Source: Balanoglossus misakiensis (taxonomy: Eukaryota; Animalia; Hemichordata). From it: 64,000 nucleotides of DNA. The DNA lies in NCBI GenBank assembly GCA_040954595.2, contig CM082576.2, positions 10,357,129 through 10,421,128 of the forward strand, read 5' to 3'. Each line of letters opens with the position of its first letter. Within the stretch, counting starts at the first letter, position 1. The notes beneath the pieces were generated by a model. It saw only the letters and a list, made by a program, of their open reading frames with translations, did no database searches and was not told the DNA's origin. This document shows, piece by piece, positions 15,001 through 27,165 of the stretch. Both the position numbers and the translations under genes were made by a program.

Positions 15001-18000
15001 CATATAATACTGTAAACATTGGACCACTTCATACTCACGCTATGTTGTAAACTGGAAATGCCAGCTGTGCACCAGAGCCCTTGGCATTATTTTTGACAAT
15101 CCAACTTGACTGCAACTTCTTTGTCTTTTCAACTTCAGGGCAACTAACAAATTATGTACTGAAGCGTGATGGTGTGGAGATCTACCGTGGTTTGGATACC
15201 AGCTATACAGACAACAGTGGCATACAGCCATTTGAGGATTATGAATATGTTTTACAGGCGTGCACATATCAAGGGTGTGCAGCGAGCCAGCCAGTGAGTA
15301 TAGCTGTAATAATTCCACTTCCAGAAAAATGAAGATTTTGCAGAAAAAGTGAATGTTGACTGTTTAATTATTCAATGGGAGGTATTTTGTTTCTTGAAAT
15401 GAGTGTGGAAAACTGTAAAACAGTGAAAATACACATTGCAACCTTGCAGGTATATGCTGTAACGTTAGAAGCCCCTCCAGCTGATGTATTCCCTCCAGTG
15501 TTGAGTGCGTCAAGTGCATATAGTGTTGTGGTGTCGTGGCAAATACCCGGCCAGCCAAATGGGGTGATCACAGAGTATCAAGTGTTCATAAAAGGACAAG
15601 AATCGCCAGTCCACAGAGCAGATGCCAGTACTTTCACATATACACATTCTGGTGAGTGTAATATTCACATTGAAGAAAAATGATATGTTCACATTTTGAA
15701 GAAGAAACTTTGAACATTTTGGGGTACTATGGCACAGATCTGATGATTTTTGTCTCGTTTCATTTCCAATCAGGTCTTGAAGCATACACAGAGTACGAGT
15801 TTAGGATCTCTGCCTGCACCATTGTGGGATGTACAGCCAGTGACATGACATCAGTGAGGACGTTGCAAGCTCCTCCTCAAGGTACGGAACATTTCTATAA
15901 ACTTCAAAAGAAATTCTTTGGATTGTACATTTGTACAGAACCTTCCACTGAAGGGTAATCACCCTCTTTATCATGACAGTGTATGTTTTTTTTCTTTGAG
16001 GAGTACGGTGCCTGACAACTTTTATTCATTGCTTCCCACACAGATGTACAAGCCCCAGTCATTGTAGTTGTGAGCGCTATATCCCTGGAAATCTACTGGC
16101 AAGAACCGAGCACACCAAACGGCGTCGTCACCAACTATCGCCTGTTCCGTAATAACATGGCCATCTATACCGGTTCGGACATGCTGTTCGTTGACAACGT
16201 CTCGCCAGGTTCGAGGTACGTTTACGCAGTGGAAGCCACCACTCAGGCGGGGTCGACCAGGAGTGCGGATGTCGAGGTGACTACCCCTACTAGCACACCA
16301 ATGGGAATACCGGCACCCAGGGTCACTGTGCAGGGTCCGACTACGATATCGGCGCAGTGGGATCCCCCGACGTTCCCCAACGGACAGATCACGCAGTACG
16401 GACTGCTGCTCATGAGCGGATCTCCCGACCAGGTGCTCAAGTTCGCCGGCGTGAACCGGTTGCTCACGGTCACCGACCTGACGCCTTACACCACGTACGA
16501 CGTCCGACTGCAGGTTTGCACGTCGGCGGGTTGCGGCGTCGGCCCGAAGGTGACCGCGCAGACCCAGGAGAGTTCCCCGCAACAGCAGCCGGCGCCCACG
16601 CTGGAAGCCCTGGGTCCGGCTCTGATCGAGGTCTCCTGGGATCCGCCGGCGATGCCCAACGGCGTCATCACCAGCTACTACGTCCTGAGGAGAATGTACG
16701 GCACCACGCAAGAACTGCTGGTCAACATCGCCGGGGGCGACGTGTACACCTTCCGCGACGCCAGCCCCAGCCTGCAGGCCTTCACCATGTACGAGTACAA
16801 GATACGCGCCGAGAACTCGCAAGGAACGGTCGAGGGCGCCTGGTCTCAAGTGAAGACACTGGAGAGCCCTCCGTCGGGAATGGGACCTCCAGCCCTGCAG
16901 GCTGTCAGCTCCTACTCCGTCCGCGCAGAGTGGCAAAGCCCACTGTATCCCAACGGTGACATCACAGCCTACAGAATCGAGTATCAGAGCTTGAACTTTG
17001 ACCCCACCGTCACCAACCCCGTCGTGCGGGTGGCCACGGTCAGCGGCGACGTCTTCGAAGCGACTTTCTACGGATTGGCCGCCTATACTTCTTACCAGGT
17101 GCGCGTCATCCCGGTCAACTCGGCCGGGGAGAGTAACGGCATCTGGGCAGAAGTTGTGACCATGGAGAGTCTCCCGACAGGCCTCCAGCCATTCATAGTG
17201 GAACAGATGACGGACGGCAAATCCGTGCTCCTGAAGTGGAACCCGCCGACCTCTCCCAACGGGGTCATCACGGAGTACAAGATATACGAGATGAACCCAG
17301 AGGGTCAGTACGTGTCCGTGTACGTGGGGTTGTCCAGGGAGTACCTGTTCCGACGCCTGGAGCCGTTCACGGAGTACTCGCTGGTCCTGGAGGCGTGCAC
17401 TGGCGTCGGGTGCACGAGAGGGGACGTGCAGACGGTGCAGACGGCCGAGGTGGCCCCTGCCAACCAGCCGGCCCCCACGCTGGGATTCACCAACGCGACG
17501 ATCGTCGAACTGCAGTGGAAACCACCTGTTGATGCCAACGGCATCATCGTGAAGTACGACGTCCTGAGGAGATCTCAGGTGTTGCAGGCCAGAAGGAGAC
17601 GCGAAGTGGTTGACGCCGGCTCTTACAGCGAGCCAGTTGTGATCTATTCGGAGTTTGACACCGATCAGGATGAATTCACCTACCTTGACACCAGCCTACA
17701 GCCTTACTCCAGTTACGAATACAAGATAAGGGCCATCAACTCCAGGGGCTTTTCGGACAGCGACTGGGTCAGGGTGAATACGGATCAAGCTCCCCCGAGT
17801 GGACTGGCCCCGCCACTGGTCGAGTACGTTTTGAACTATCCGACGAGACTGAGGATCACCTGGTCTGAGCCGCAGCAGAGAAACGGAATACTGCAATCGT
17901 ATCTGCTTCAGAGAAATGCCAGCACGCCTTTCAGTTTTGACGTGGCAGATCCCAAAGAGTACATAGACTCCAACCTGCAGGCGTACACCACATACAGCTA

Positions 18001-21000
18001 CACCATCACGGCGTGCACTGCCGGGGGCTGTACGACCAGCGATCCTACCATTGTGAAAACTTTAGAAGGGGAGCCGAGCGACGTCAGCCCACCGGTCGCT
18101 ACCCCGGTCAGCGCAACCGCGATTCAGCTGACGTGGAACAAGCCGCCGGTCAGCTACGGCGAGATCAGTCGGTACGACATCACGGTCGATGGCAACGTGC
18201 GTTACAGCGGACTGGCCTTGCAGACCACTATATCCGCGCTGAATCCCTACCAAGAGTACTCGTTCGTCTTGGTGGCGTGTACGAGCGGCGGATGCACCAG
18301 CAGCGTTCCCGTCAAGGAGCGGACCCTCCAGGCGCAGCCCCAGAACATGAATCCGCCAGTGGCTCTGGTGCTGAGTACCGTGGCCATCGAGATCACGTGG
18401 GGCGAACCCCAGAGGCCGAACGGCGTCATCACGGAATACGAACTGAGAAGAGACGGTCAGTTGATATACGCAGGTTTGGCGACCAGTTATCAAGACTTTG
18501 GCGAAGGCGGGAGGGGCCTGACCCCTGGGCGGGAATACTCATACGTGGTTACGGCCTACAACGATGTTGGACACATTGCCAGTCCGCCGGTCACGGCCAG
18601 TACTAACCCATCAAGTCCCGCAGATGTCAAGATCGCAGAGCTCGTTACTCTATCATCATCGTCCATCACCGCAACCTGGACTCTGCCTGGCCAGCCGAAC
18701 GGGGAAATCACGGAATACAACCTTTACGTCGGCGGAATACTGGAATTCTCGGGTCTGCTGTTTTCCCACACGGTTACCGGTCTGCTGCCGTATACAGAGT
18801 ACGAGTTCCGTCTGCGGGCGTGCACCGATTCCGGATGTGCCTACAGCGAAAGCATGAGAGCGTACACTCTACCGGACACACCAGAAGATCAGTATCCTCC
18901 CTCACTAACACCGCTGGACGACGCCACAGGAGCAGGCGTCGGCATTGAAGTCCGGTGCCTGCCTCCAGCGCAGCCCAACGGCGTCATCCTCGGCTACGAA
19001 ATCTACCGCAGACATTTCGACCAAGCAAGCAACAGTAGAGGCGAAACCGTTCTGGTGCGGAACTTCACGGGGCCGGGTCTGGTGTACCGAGATATGGACC
19101 CGAGTCTGCAGCCAAGTCAAACGTACGAGTACCAGCTTGTGTCGTACAATGTCGTCGGGAAAGCGGTCGGTCCGTGGGCCAGGGTGACGATGTTTGATGC
19201 TACCCCTGAGGTGAGTATGGTATATAGTGTGTTTTGTTCGGCCATCTTTAAATAAATTCTGTGGGGAAATGCCCAGAGCTTTCCAATAATCCTGACAATG
19301 TCTTCAGAAATCATAGCCTTCAGGATGACAGATTAGTCTTTCATTTTATAGTTAACGAATACCATGTTTTGTAAAAGAATTCATTTTCCCCACTAAAAGA
19401 TGTCATATTCATAATTTCAGGGGGTGTTGCCACCTATTGCATCAGCTGTCAGAGCCAATGAGGTTGAGCTGACATTACAAGAACCGGAACAACCCAACGG
19501 TGATATAACAAGATACATCATCTATCAGAATGGCACAAAGGTGAGCCAACTGTGGTTGGGTTTTCCAAGAGTGAATAAATTAAATGACAATTGGAACACA
19601 AATTGAATAAATAGTGGCGAAAAAAAGAAAGAAAATGTTTGATTTCAATCCAATGCTTTGTTACAGCTTGTTGAGACAGTGGGAAATAATATCATGGTGC
19701 AGACTATAAGTGAACTGGATGCCCATACGTACTACAGTTACCACATTGAAGCTTGCACCAGTAGAGGATGCGGTACCAGTGACAGTATCGTTGTACGTAC
19801 CCTAGAAGACCTGCCAAGCGAACAGCCACCAGCGACTTTCAGAAGCACGGGCACAACATGGATCGATATTGCATGGCAGTCCCCAGCACAGAGCAATGGT
19901 GTTATAACAAGGTGAGTCTTTATGTGAAATGTAAATGTTTGCTTCACACAAGAAAATATTTATGGTGTTCTGCTCACTGGAAATGTGTAATACAATGTAC
20001 TTACAAAGACAGTGTGACAGTTGTGAGCTCAGAAGAGCAGTAGTTCTGAGCAGTTCAGCTGTCAAACCTATCCTAGTATGTAATTTTCACTTGACATGTT
20101 CATGGTTTCATCTTCAACAGGTACGAGTTACACGGGCGCGAGAGCTGTCCGCCATTATCCCAGACATGCGTGGAGGCACCATTCGAGGAATATTACAATG
20201 GAATGGACATGGAATACAATGTGACCGGACTGACACCATACACTCTGTATGACTGGAAGGTTGTGGTGTATAACTCGGCCGGAGCTAGGGAGTCTTCCGT
20301 CACCAGTGTGGAAACCCAGGCAACATGTAAATATCCATTTCCGATTTTCTCATGGCTGCTCTAGGCAGACGGAATTGTATTATTTTAAAATCTGTCAATT
20401 TTGTAATGTGAACTTGAGACAAGGTTGACAGTTTAAAATTTCTACAGTCAAAAGCTTAGAATACAACTTGACACACTCACTAAAAGTTTTCGAAACCCTG
20501 TCATTAAAGCCATCTCTTTTTATGCTATATCCAATTAGAAATGTCATCTAACTTCAGGGCACAGTACATGAAGTTATAGCCTACATGTATGTGAATCAAG
20601 ATTACTAATCACAGATTTTTTGACCGGAGCTACCAATAGCTAATTTCATGTCCTATTTTTCATGTTCATTTTGCAGTGCCAAGATATGTCCGTGCACCAG
20701 TGATCTATTCCAACATGAGCCTGATAGTCATTGATTGGCGGCAGTCATTCCGACTCAACGGTCGGCTGGTGGAGTACGTTCTGGAAGAAAACGGCATCAG
20801 AGTGTACAGTGGTATTACTGCAAGACTTGAAAGACAACTCCTGCTAAATGGTATGTGGCTGAATTTCATTTGATATCATTTCAGAAGTTAGATTCTGGGC
20901 ATTGCAAATTTGTTTCAAGGTGAAAGTTCTTTGATTTCCTATAAAACTTGTTGACCATAAAAATAGAAGAAAACACACAAAACTATTGGTGGTGTTTAAT

Positions 21001-22954
21001 TGTTTTTTTTACATTCCACAGCCTATGAATTCAAGATAACAGCCAGAACCACTGTTGGTGAAATCTCATCTCCACCGATTCTATATGACCCACCAACAAG
21101 TAAGTATAGTGTGGTGTTGTACATTGATCTATTCTTAGATAAACAGGAAAAACATTGCAGCCGTGTTTTGTTGAAACCCACAGTACAAGCTCCAAGTGCA
21201 AGCCTGCAGAACCAATTTCTATCGAAGCTGGCATAAATGCTGTGAACTAAGCCAGTACTCAGACCTGACTGAACTTAAATATGAAATACATTATAGGTTA
21301 GCACTCAAACAATTTGTATGCTTGCATCCATTTCCCAGCCAGTTTCCCTATTTTTTCATACCTATCTCTGGGACAACTCGTTTTGCTTTTGAGGATTTTC
21401 AGCTTCAATTCCTTCCTATTATTTATCTACAGGTGGAAGACTGACGGATACCGGCACACCGTGGTACCAGTCCGTGTGGTTCATTGCTCTCATCATATTA
21501 ATCATCCTACTGCTACTCTTCATTCTGATCGCCGTCCTGCTCAACAAGATCGGTCGCAAACACCCTTACGAAAGACAGAGACCTCCGTTACCGCCACGCC
21601 AGTCCAGGGGCACATACTTGTTCAACGCATGTGGATATGCACCCAGTGAAAGCATCATGGTAAGGAAAGATTGCTAGGTTTTGATTTTTGTCATGAGATT
21701 TGGATTAACAATCAGCACATTTGAAATATCATAAAAAGGAAGAGGTCACCCTTCCAAAACATTCTATAGATATCTATAGAATTTCTATTGAAATTTATAG
21801 AATTTCTATGGATGGCTACAAATTTATAGAATTTTTATGGATCTCTCATATCTTTGTAGTTGATCTGGAATCTATAGGATGTTTATACAATTTATATGGC
21901 TGTCTATAGATGTCTATGTAGTTGATTGCTATAGAATCATTGATATCTATAGAATGCTATAAGAGTCTCTGGAATATTTTATATATTACTTAACAAGTGC
22001 TGTACGCCGGGGATACCAGTGAGCCCATATGTGACGCCCATGCAGTTCAGAGATGATAGAAATTCTAAAATCAGTTCAAATGACACCATCTCACACAATG
22101 ACATTTGATTTCACAGGATCCTATCCCGCAGGCACCAAGCCACATAAACAGCCACGCCTCGGTCAGCCACATCAGCCACAAACACGGCAACAATGTCTAC
22201 GTGCAGCAACCGATTCTGGCACCTATAGCGCCCTCGCACCACAGCAGTATTGCCCATCTGATCGATGAAAAGTCGTCGATCAAGTACAAAGAAGATGATG
22301 ACGGGGCGTGGGACAATCAGATACCGCTGCATGAGAACGAACTTACCAATATTGCGGTAAGTATCGGCACACCTGAATTTATTTATATCACGTACACATC
22401 GACGGCATTTTCTCCCAGTCATAAACCATGACTACCGGTATTTACACCGGGACAAACAAATAGTGCAATATGTCGCAGTTCATGGTACACTGTTTGCATT
22501 TCAGTTTATGTTTTGATGTATAGTACGGTATAACTCCATATTTTTTTTAATAGTCACCATATTGACATGGTTCTTTTTTATGGCAGCCAATTTTTTTATG
22601 CCTTCCTCTTTCAAAGTGGGATTTCCTGGCTCTCCAGAAATTGAATTTTCATCCAATAATCTGTTTCACACTGTGATGCACTGAAGTCACATTTCTGTTG
22701 AATAGTCCATCACAGCTGGAATCGACCCCTGTTATGAAAACCATTGAAGAATTCAATTTTTTGGCTTCACTGTGATAATTCCCCACTGTACAAAAGCAGC
22801 TACTTTTTCTTACAAATTTTAATTAATTCAAATAATTTTAAATAAATTTTCCACTCAGTATGAAGCGGACGAAGATGATGACTCATTGACACAAGAAAGC
22901 CGTCCATACAGCGTTACTAAAGAACAGACCATGTTTACCGATACGCACCTTTGA
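1..22954 (+). CDS. USH2A: Usherin (USH2A orthologue), 5'-truncated by the window; about 41 coding exons
   Basis: In-frame GT-AG exons read by eye: <1-203, 638-928, 1249-1403, 1779-2043, 2193-2399, 2495-2575, 2860-3051, 3237-3347, 3645-3848, 4021-4310, 4704-4851, 5062-5376, 6207-6386, 6859-7009, 7411-7553, 8595-8731, 8979-9114, 9361-9657, 10011-10208, 10328-10543, 10843-11088, 11341-11553, 12258-12460, 12605-12813, 12994-13090, 13243-13522, 13847-14034, 14196-14562, 14782-14978, 15139-15293, 15450-15651, 15774-15881, 16044-19210, 19421-19540, 19667-19911, 20121-20326, 20677-20850, 21022-21099, 21433-21659, 22117-22356, 22859-22954. They encode LamG motifs (DGEWHHI, YVGGLP, GFVGCVRN), FN3 repeats with the usherin-type ACTxxGC and W.PP..PNG motifs, a CC-rich block, a TM helix followed by HPYERQRPPL, and the C-terminus TKEQTMFTDTHL*. 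Confidence 0.95.
5650..5836 (+). repeat. Degenerate tandem unit (~85-95 bp, two copies); a related copy lies at ~11800-11875
   Basis: GTCCTGTGAACCATGTG and AAAATAGCAATGATGT each occur twice here; ACAATCTGTTGGTT..AAAATAGCAATGATGTAATTGTTA and AACATTGCCAGC recur at 11809-11862. Confidence 0.7.
16044..19210 (+). CDS. USH2A: Usherin giant internal exon (3167 bp, about 11 FN3 repeats)
   Basis: Acceptor cacacag| at 16043, donor GAG|gtgagt at 19210; matches ORF 16070-19255 with uninterrupted FN3 repeats. Confidence 0.93.
21433..21659 (+). CDS. USH2A: Usherin transmembrane exon
   Basis: Encodes PWYQSVWFIALIILIILLLLFILIAVLLNKIGRKHPYERQRPPL: a hydrophobic helix, a basic stop-transfer segment and the conserved PY.R.RPPL motif. 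Confidence 0.92.
21762..21962. repeat. Degenerate ~10-11 bp TCTATAGA(A/T) minisatellite in an usherin intron
   Basis: Many variants of TCTATAGA / TTTATAGA / TCTATGGA in tandem. Confidence 0.7.
22613..22790. repeat. Degenerate nested inverted repeat in the last usherin intron
   Basis: CCAGAAATTGAATT / AATTCAATTTTTTGG, inner CTGTGATGCACT / AGTCCATCACAG, outer AGTGGGATTT / AATTCCCCACT. Confidence 0.45.
22859..22954 (+). CDS. USH2A: Usherin last coding exon with class I PDZ-binding motif DTHL (missed by the ORF track)
   Basis: cactcag| then YEADEDDDSLTQESRPYSVTKEQTMFTDTHL and TGA at 22952-22954. Vertebrate usherin also ends in DTHL. Confidence 0.93.
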   Translation, partial: YEADEDDDSLTQESRPYSVTKEQTMFTDTHL

Positions 22955-23071
22955 GATGAGGCAGCAGTATCAGCCAGAGTTCTTGGGATGCAAGCCACAG
23001 AACACAAGATGACGCCAACATTCTAGGATGTTATCGCAAATCAAGTCATTCTAAAAATTAACTCACCACTT

Positions 23072-23197
23072 TACTTTAAAAGCGGCAGATTGAAATTAAA
23101 TCAAAATTTCTCTGCTAATGATAAAGTGTTGTCAATTTGAAATTTTTTTTAAATGTTGCACGGCCATCTTGAATCAGAGAATCTGCTGCTAAAAGTA
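23072..23197. repeat. Short inverted-repeat element abutting MITE copy 1
   Basis: TACTTTAAAAGCGGCAGATT ... AATCTGCTGCTAAAAGTA form imperfect terminal inverted repeats. Confidence 0.45.
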
Positions 23198-23200
23198 CTA

Positions 23201-23587
23201 CGGTCGTTCCCATCTGGCTTCGAACGTTCATGTTGATCTAAATGTTATCACACTTGTGTAATTGGTTTGTGAAGTTGATTCCAACTTTGCTACAGTTGTT
23301 GTACAGTTTATATGCTTTGCGGCAAACACAAACAGGATTAATGGTTTCTTACCCGGTAGGATGCTTCACCAGTTTGTTTAAAGTGTAAGACGATCCTCTT
23401 ACGACACCCGTAATACCCCACTGTTAGTATTGTTATCAATCTCGATATAACCTCTTTGAATTTACCGCAACATCAGCAACTGGGCGCCGAAACTGGAGTA
23501 AGATAAGGAACAACTTGGCAAACCAAATGTGCAAGTATGGTAACATTTAGATCAACATTATCGTTCGAATCCAGATGGGAACGATTG
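23201..23587 (+). mobile_element. TA-flanked MITE, copy 1 (internally deleted), just 3' of the usherin stop
   Basis: Imperfect TIRs of about 50-70 bp (TCGTTCCCATCTGG..CGAACG..ATGTTGATCTAAATGTTA), TA on both sides, near-identical to 45431-45928 in reverse complement. Confidence 0.88.
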
Positions 23588-26500
23588 TAAATCTTTCATG
23601 AACTTTGGGACAATGTCTGTGTGACATGGTTTATTTTATTAATGAAATGTGATTCCTACCAATTAAATTTGCATATTACATACTGTCCAGATATGTTAAT
23701 TGGTATAAACATCAATTAAAGGTGTAAATATTTCAGTGTAACCAACAAATATATGAAACTAGCCCTTGTGTGTGGCAAAGAGAAAAACTTGCAGCATTAT
23801 ACAGAATCAAAAGTACAGAGTTTTTATTGTGAAGTTATTTGTATAAATTTGAATGATATTGAATCTGTGAGATAATTGTACAAATCTGTCTTTTAGAAGG
23901 AATGACAGAATTTGAAAATCATAAAGGTAGAAACTATTTGGTGATGATATATGTGTAAATTTTGAATGATTCACAAATCAATATATTTATTCAAAAAAAT
24001 TTAAAGTAATATTTCTACTCTTCCAATCTTGAATTATTGGTCAGTTATGAAGGCATGTTTCTATAATTTGGGCTGTGATGAATTTTTTAACTACATTTTC
24101 ACCATGTTGGTCATCCAGATGTATTTATTCTGAAAGATGGAAACGATAGTCTGGTGAAACGTGTATAAATATATACACAAGTATTCTATCGAGTATACAG
24201 TGCCAATCAGTAACTCAGTTGAATTCAAAATTGGTATAAACATACCCTCAACCTTGATGTGTGCAACATTTTATAATCAACACCTGCTATTAAACACCTT
24301 TAAACCTATTTCATTTTTTGAATGACATAACTATGCAAAGATTCTCAAACAATCATGACTGTACTATAGCAATCTTCCCTTTCCCCTGACTAATTTTATC
24401 AAGTATAGGAATTATCCAACAAATCATTGAAAGCTCTTTTTTAATTTCAGATATTAGTTTCTGGTGTAATTTCCTGATCATGATCACTCCCCTCCCCAGC
24501 ACCGTAGAGTATTGGTACAACCATCATATTGAAAACAATGGGTTTGATCCAAAGTTATAACTAGGCAGACGAGTGTTGGCTACTCAGCCTAGATGAGGCT
24601 CTATGAAAGATTCATCAATGGTTTGACTTTTTTATAAAAAGGAATATCTATAGTCTGGACTTTTCATACTCTTTGTAACCAAGATGTAAATTTCAGAGAT
24701 GCCTTGACTGCAACATGTCTCTGACCTTTGAACTATTTATAAACAGAGTTGAAGCATGGTTTTTAGATCTTTGTAATTGACAATAAGATGTTGATATTCA
24801 TGTGAATATAAAGGTATATTGATTTCTAAGGTAAATTATATGCATAAAATGATTTGTAATGATTTTATTGGTACAAAGGTTTCGGATAATAAAAATTACC
24901 AATTTGAGCACATTCTGTTGGGTGGTTTTTTTGTGTTTTATAGAGTGCTATAGATGTGGCATTTGCACTGAATTCACTAAACTTGGTAATTGCCTTATCA
25001 GTTTATCAACGCATATGCGAGCAGCACCATTTGTTCTTGAGAACACCCAGATACGCTATTTTTGCCATTTATGGACATAATGTAAATTGGAGGCGACCGT
25101 GTACCTTTAATCCACAGGGACTAAATACAAATTTTGAAGTGTCACAATGATGACATAAAGAGGCCATACCATTTTTGTCATTTAATTTGTGTGTGTTTAA
25201 TTCTGCGGCTAGTGCAGTATCAATAGTTGTCACGTGATTGCTACTGATGTCAAAATGCATTCTCCGTACAGAAATTGTAGCTAGGGAGGGGGATTGGCCA
25301 ACCCATGCAACATCTCGACACACAAATCACCACTCAACACACACTAATGACTATAATCTTTCAAGTGCAAGGATGTATGCACATTTTAATCACAGCTATT
25401 TCTAATCCATGGTTTTAAAATGACATTATTTTTTGTACAAAAATCGACAACGACAATACAGCTCTTTATTTCAACGAAAAGAAAATACTTGCATTTTGAT
25501 GTGCATACATCCTTTAATAAACATGTCTGTAGTCTTCATAGCGAGCTCAATAATTCCATGGGCACCAGGATTTGCAAGTCCCAACCAACTTTATATTTGA
25601 CGCCTATTTCTGTACAAAAATGAAAAGCTTGTATGCATGGTATATTCAGGGTCTGCAGTAAGTAACTTTTGATGATTTTTAGAAATAATTTTGTTTGGCA
25701 TCAATGACCTTTTCTTGTTGCAATCCCTTATAGCACGAAGAAACACCAAATATTCACTGTCATCTCTGATGTTTACATGCCATGCACTGTTGTAAACAGG
25801 AATTAAGTCCAGACCAAAATTCAATTGTCAAAAGTATGAAAAGAAAATGCTTTCTAGAGTGTTGGCCAACCCAAACGCAGGGTGTTTGAACATGCTGTCA
25901 GAATAGCACACAAAACACACTACACAAAATTAAAATAGTCCAATAAATAAAGTGAAAAAAAAAAGAAAATATCAAAAATAGCATCAAGGACACTCTGCTC
26001 ATTTGACCAGAACTGTTTACATAGAAGAGACTCACAAACCAGCAATAACAATACTACCCCAAAATACAATATTGATGTTTTCAAAGCCATCTTGACTGCC
26101 ACCATTTCTGAGAAATAGTATTTTTGATCAAAATGGCAACATTCTCCTAAAATAAAATTTGCATGTTCATAACTTCGTCACATCATAATGACACCTGAAC
26201 TCTGTTGCTTAGCAACTGGACAAGCGGGTTCAGAGAAACAGCTTTTCACCAAATATTGGCCCACAAAAACCGGTATAATTTTGAAATTTTGGCATGTCAT
26301 ATTAATGAGAATACCCCTAGGACCCTACAAACTAAATTTCAACATATATAAATCACCAAATGGGAGCGAAAATCACCAAAAGTTAGTTCCTGCAACCACA
26401 GACCATAGAGCTATAAACATTGCAACTACATCTCTATTTTCATAGAAAAACGGAGACACTGCAAAGAAGGAGACTTGTAAATCTTGGTGCGCACTTCACT

Positions 26501-27124
26501 ATTATGCCCGCTTAAAAAAATGACACCAAGGAAACTGCTTTAAACAAAGAATTGTAATGATATCTCAAAGATATAATAATAATGTTATACGAAACATATA
26601 CAGAAGCAAAAACAAAGACTTGACAGAAACAGAAAATATCTATCTTTCCTCCTCTTTTTTTTTCTTTGTGTATTAAAAGAAATGAACTGAGCACTGAAGG
26701 CTGTAAATTTCAATTTAAGTATTTCACGGTTATACAGATCCCATCTCTAAACAAATGTATACATCCTGATAATAGAGTCTGCTACAAGAACCCCTAAAAA
26801 TAGGGACGTCCGCTTGAAATTCAAAATAAGAACAAACCAGAAGCTGAATTCAAAATAAAAAATCATCTACAAAGCACGCTTTGAATACAGACACCAGAAA
26901 TTGTACACCATTGACCAATTTATTAATAATTTTTTTTTTACAATCAGCATTTAATATTTATTTAAAAGGGCAGTCATCTTTCATGTTTATGGTTGAGCTG
27001 CTTCATGAGGTATTTGTGACATAATTTCATTCACTATTTAATTTTTCGGTCAGGTTTATATCGGAATTAATTTATAATGACAACCCCACAAGAGTATGTA
27101 GAAATCCCCTCTGATGAATAAAAA

Positions 27125-27165
27125 AATAATAATAATATAATAATAATAATAATAATAACAATAAT
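27125..27165 (+). repeat. (AAT)n microsatellite
   Basis: aataataataat... with one slip. Confidence 0.85.

Noticed and set aside
16022-16936. 304-aa antisense ORF and other overlapping ORFs across the usherin giant exon
   Set aside because: Shadow frames expected from high GC3; Arg/Gly/His-rich with no recognisable domain.
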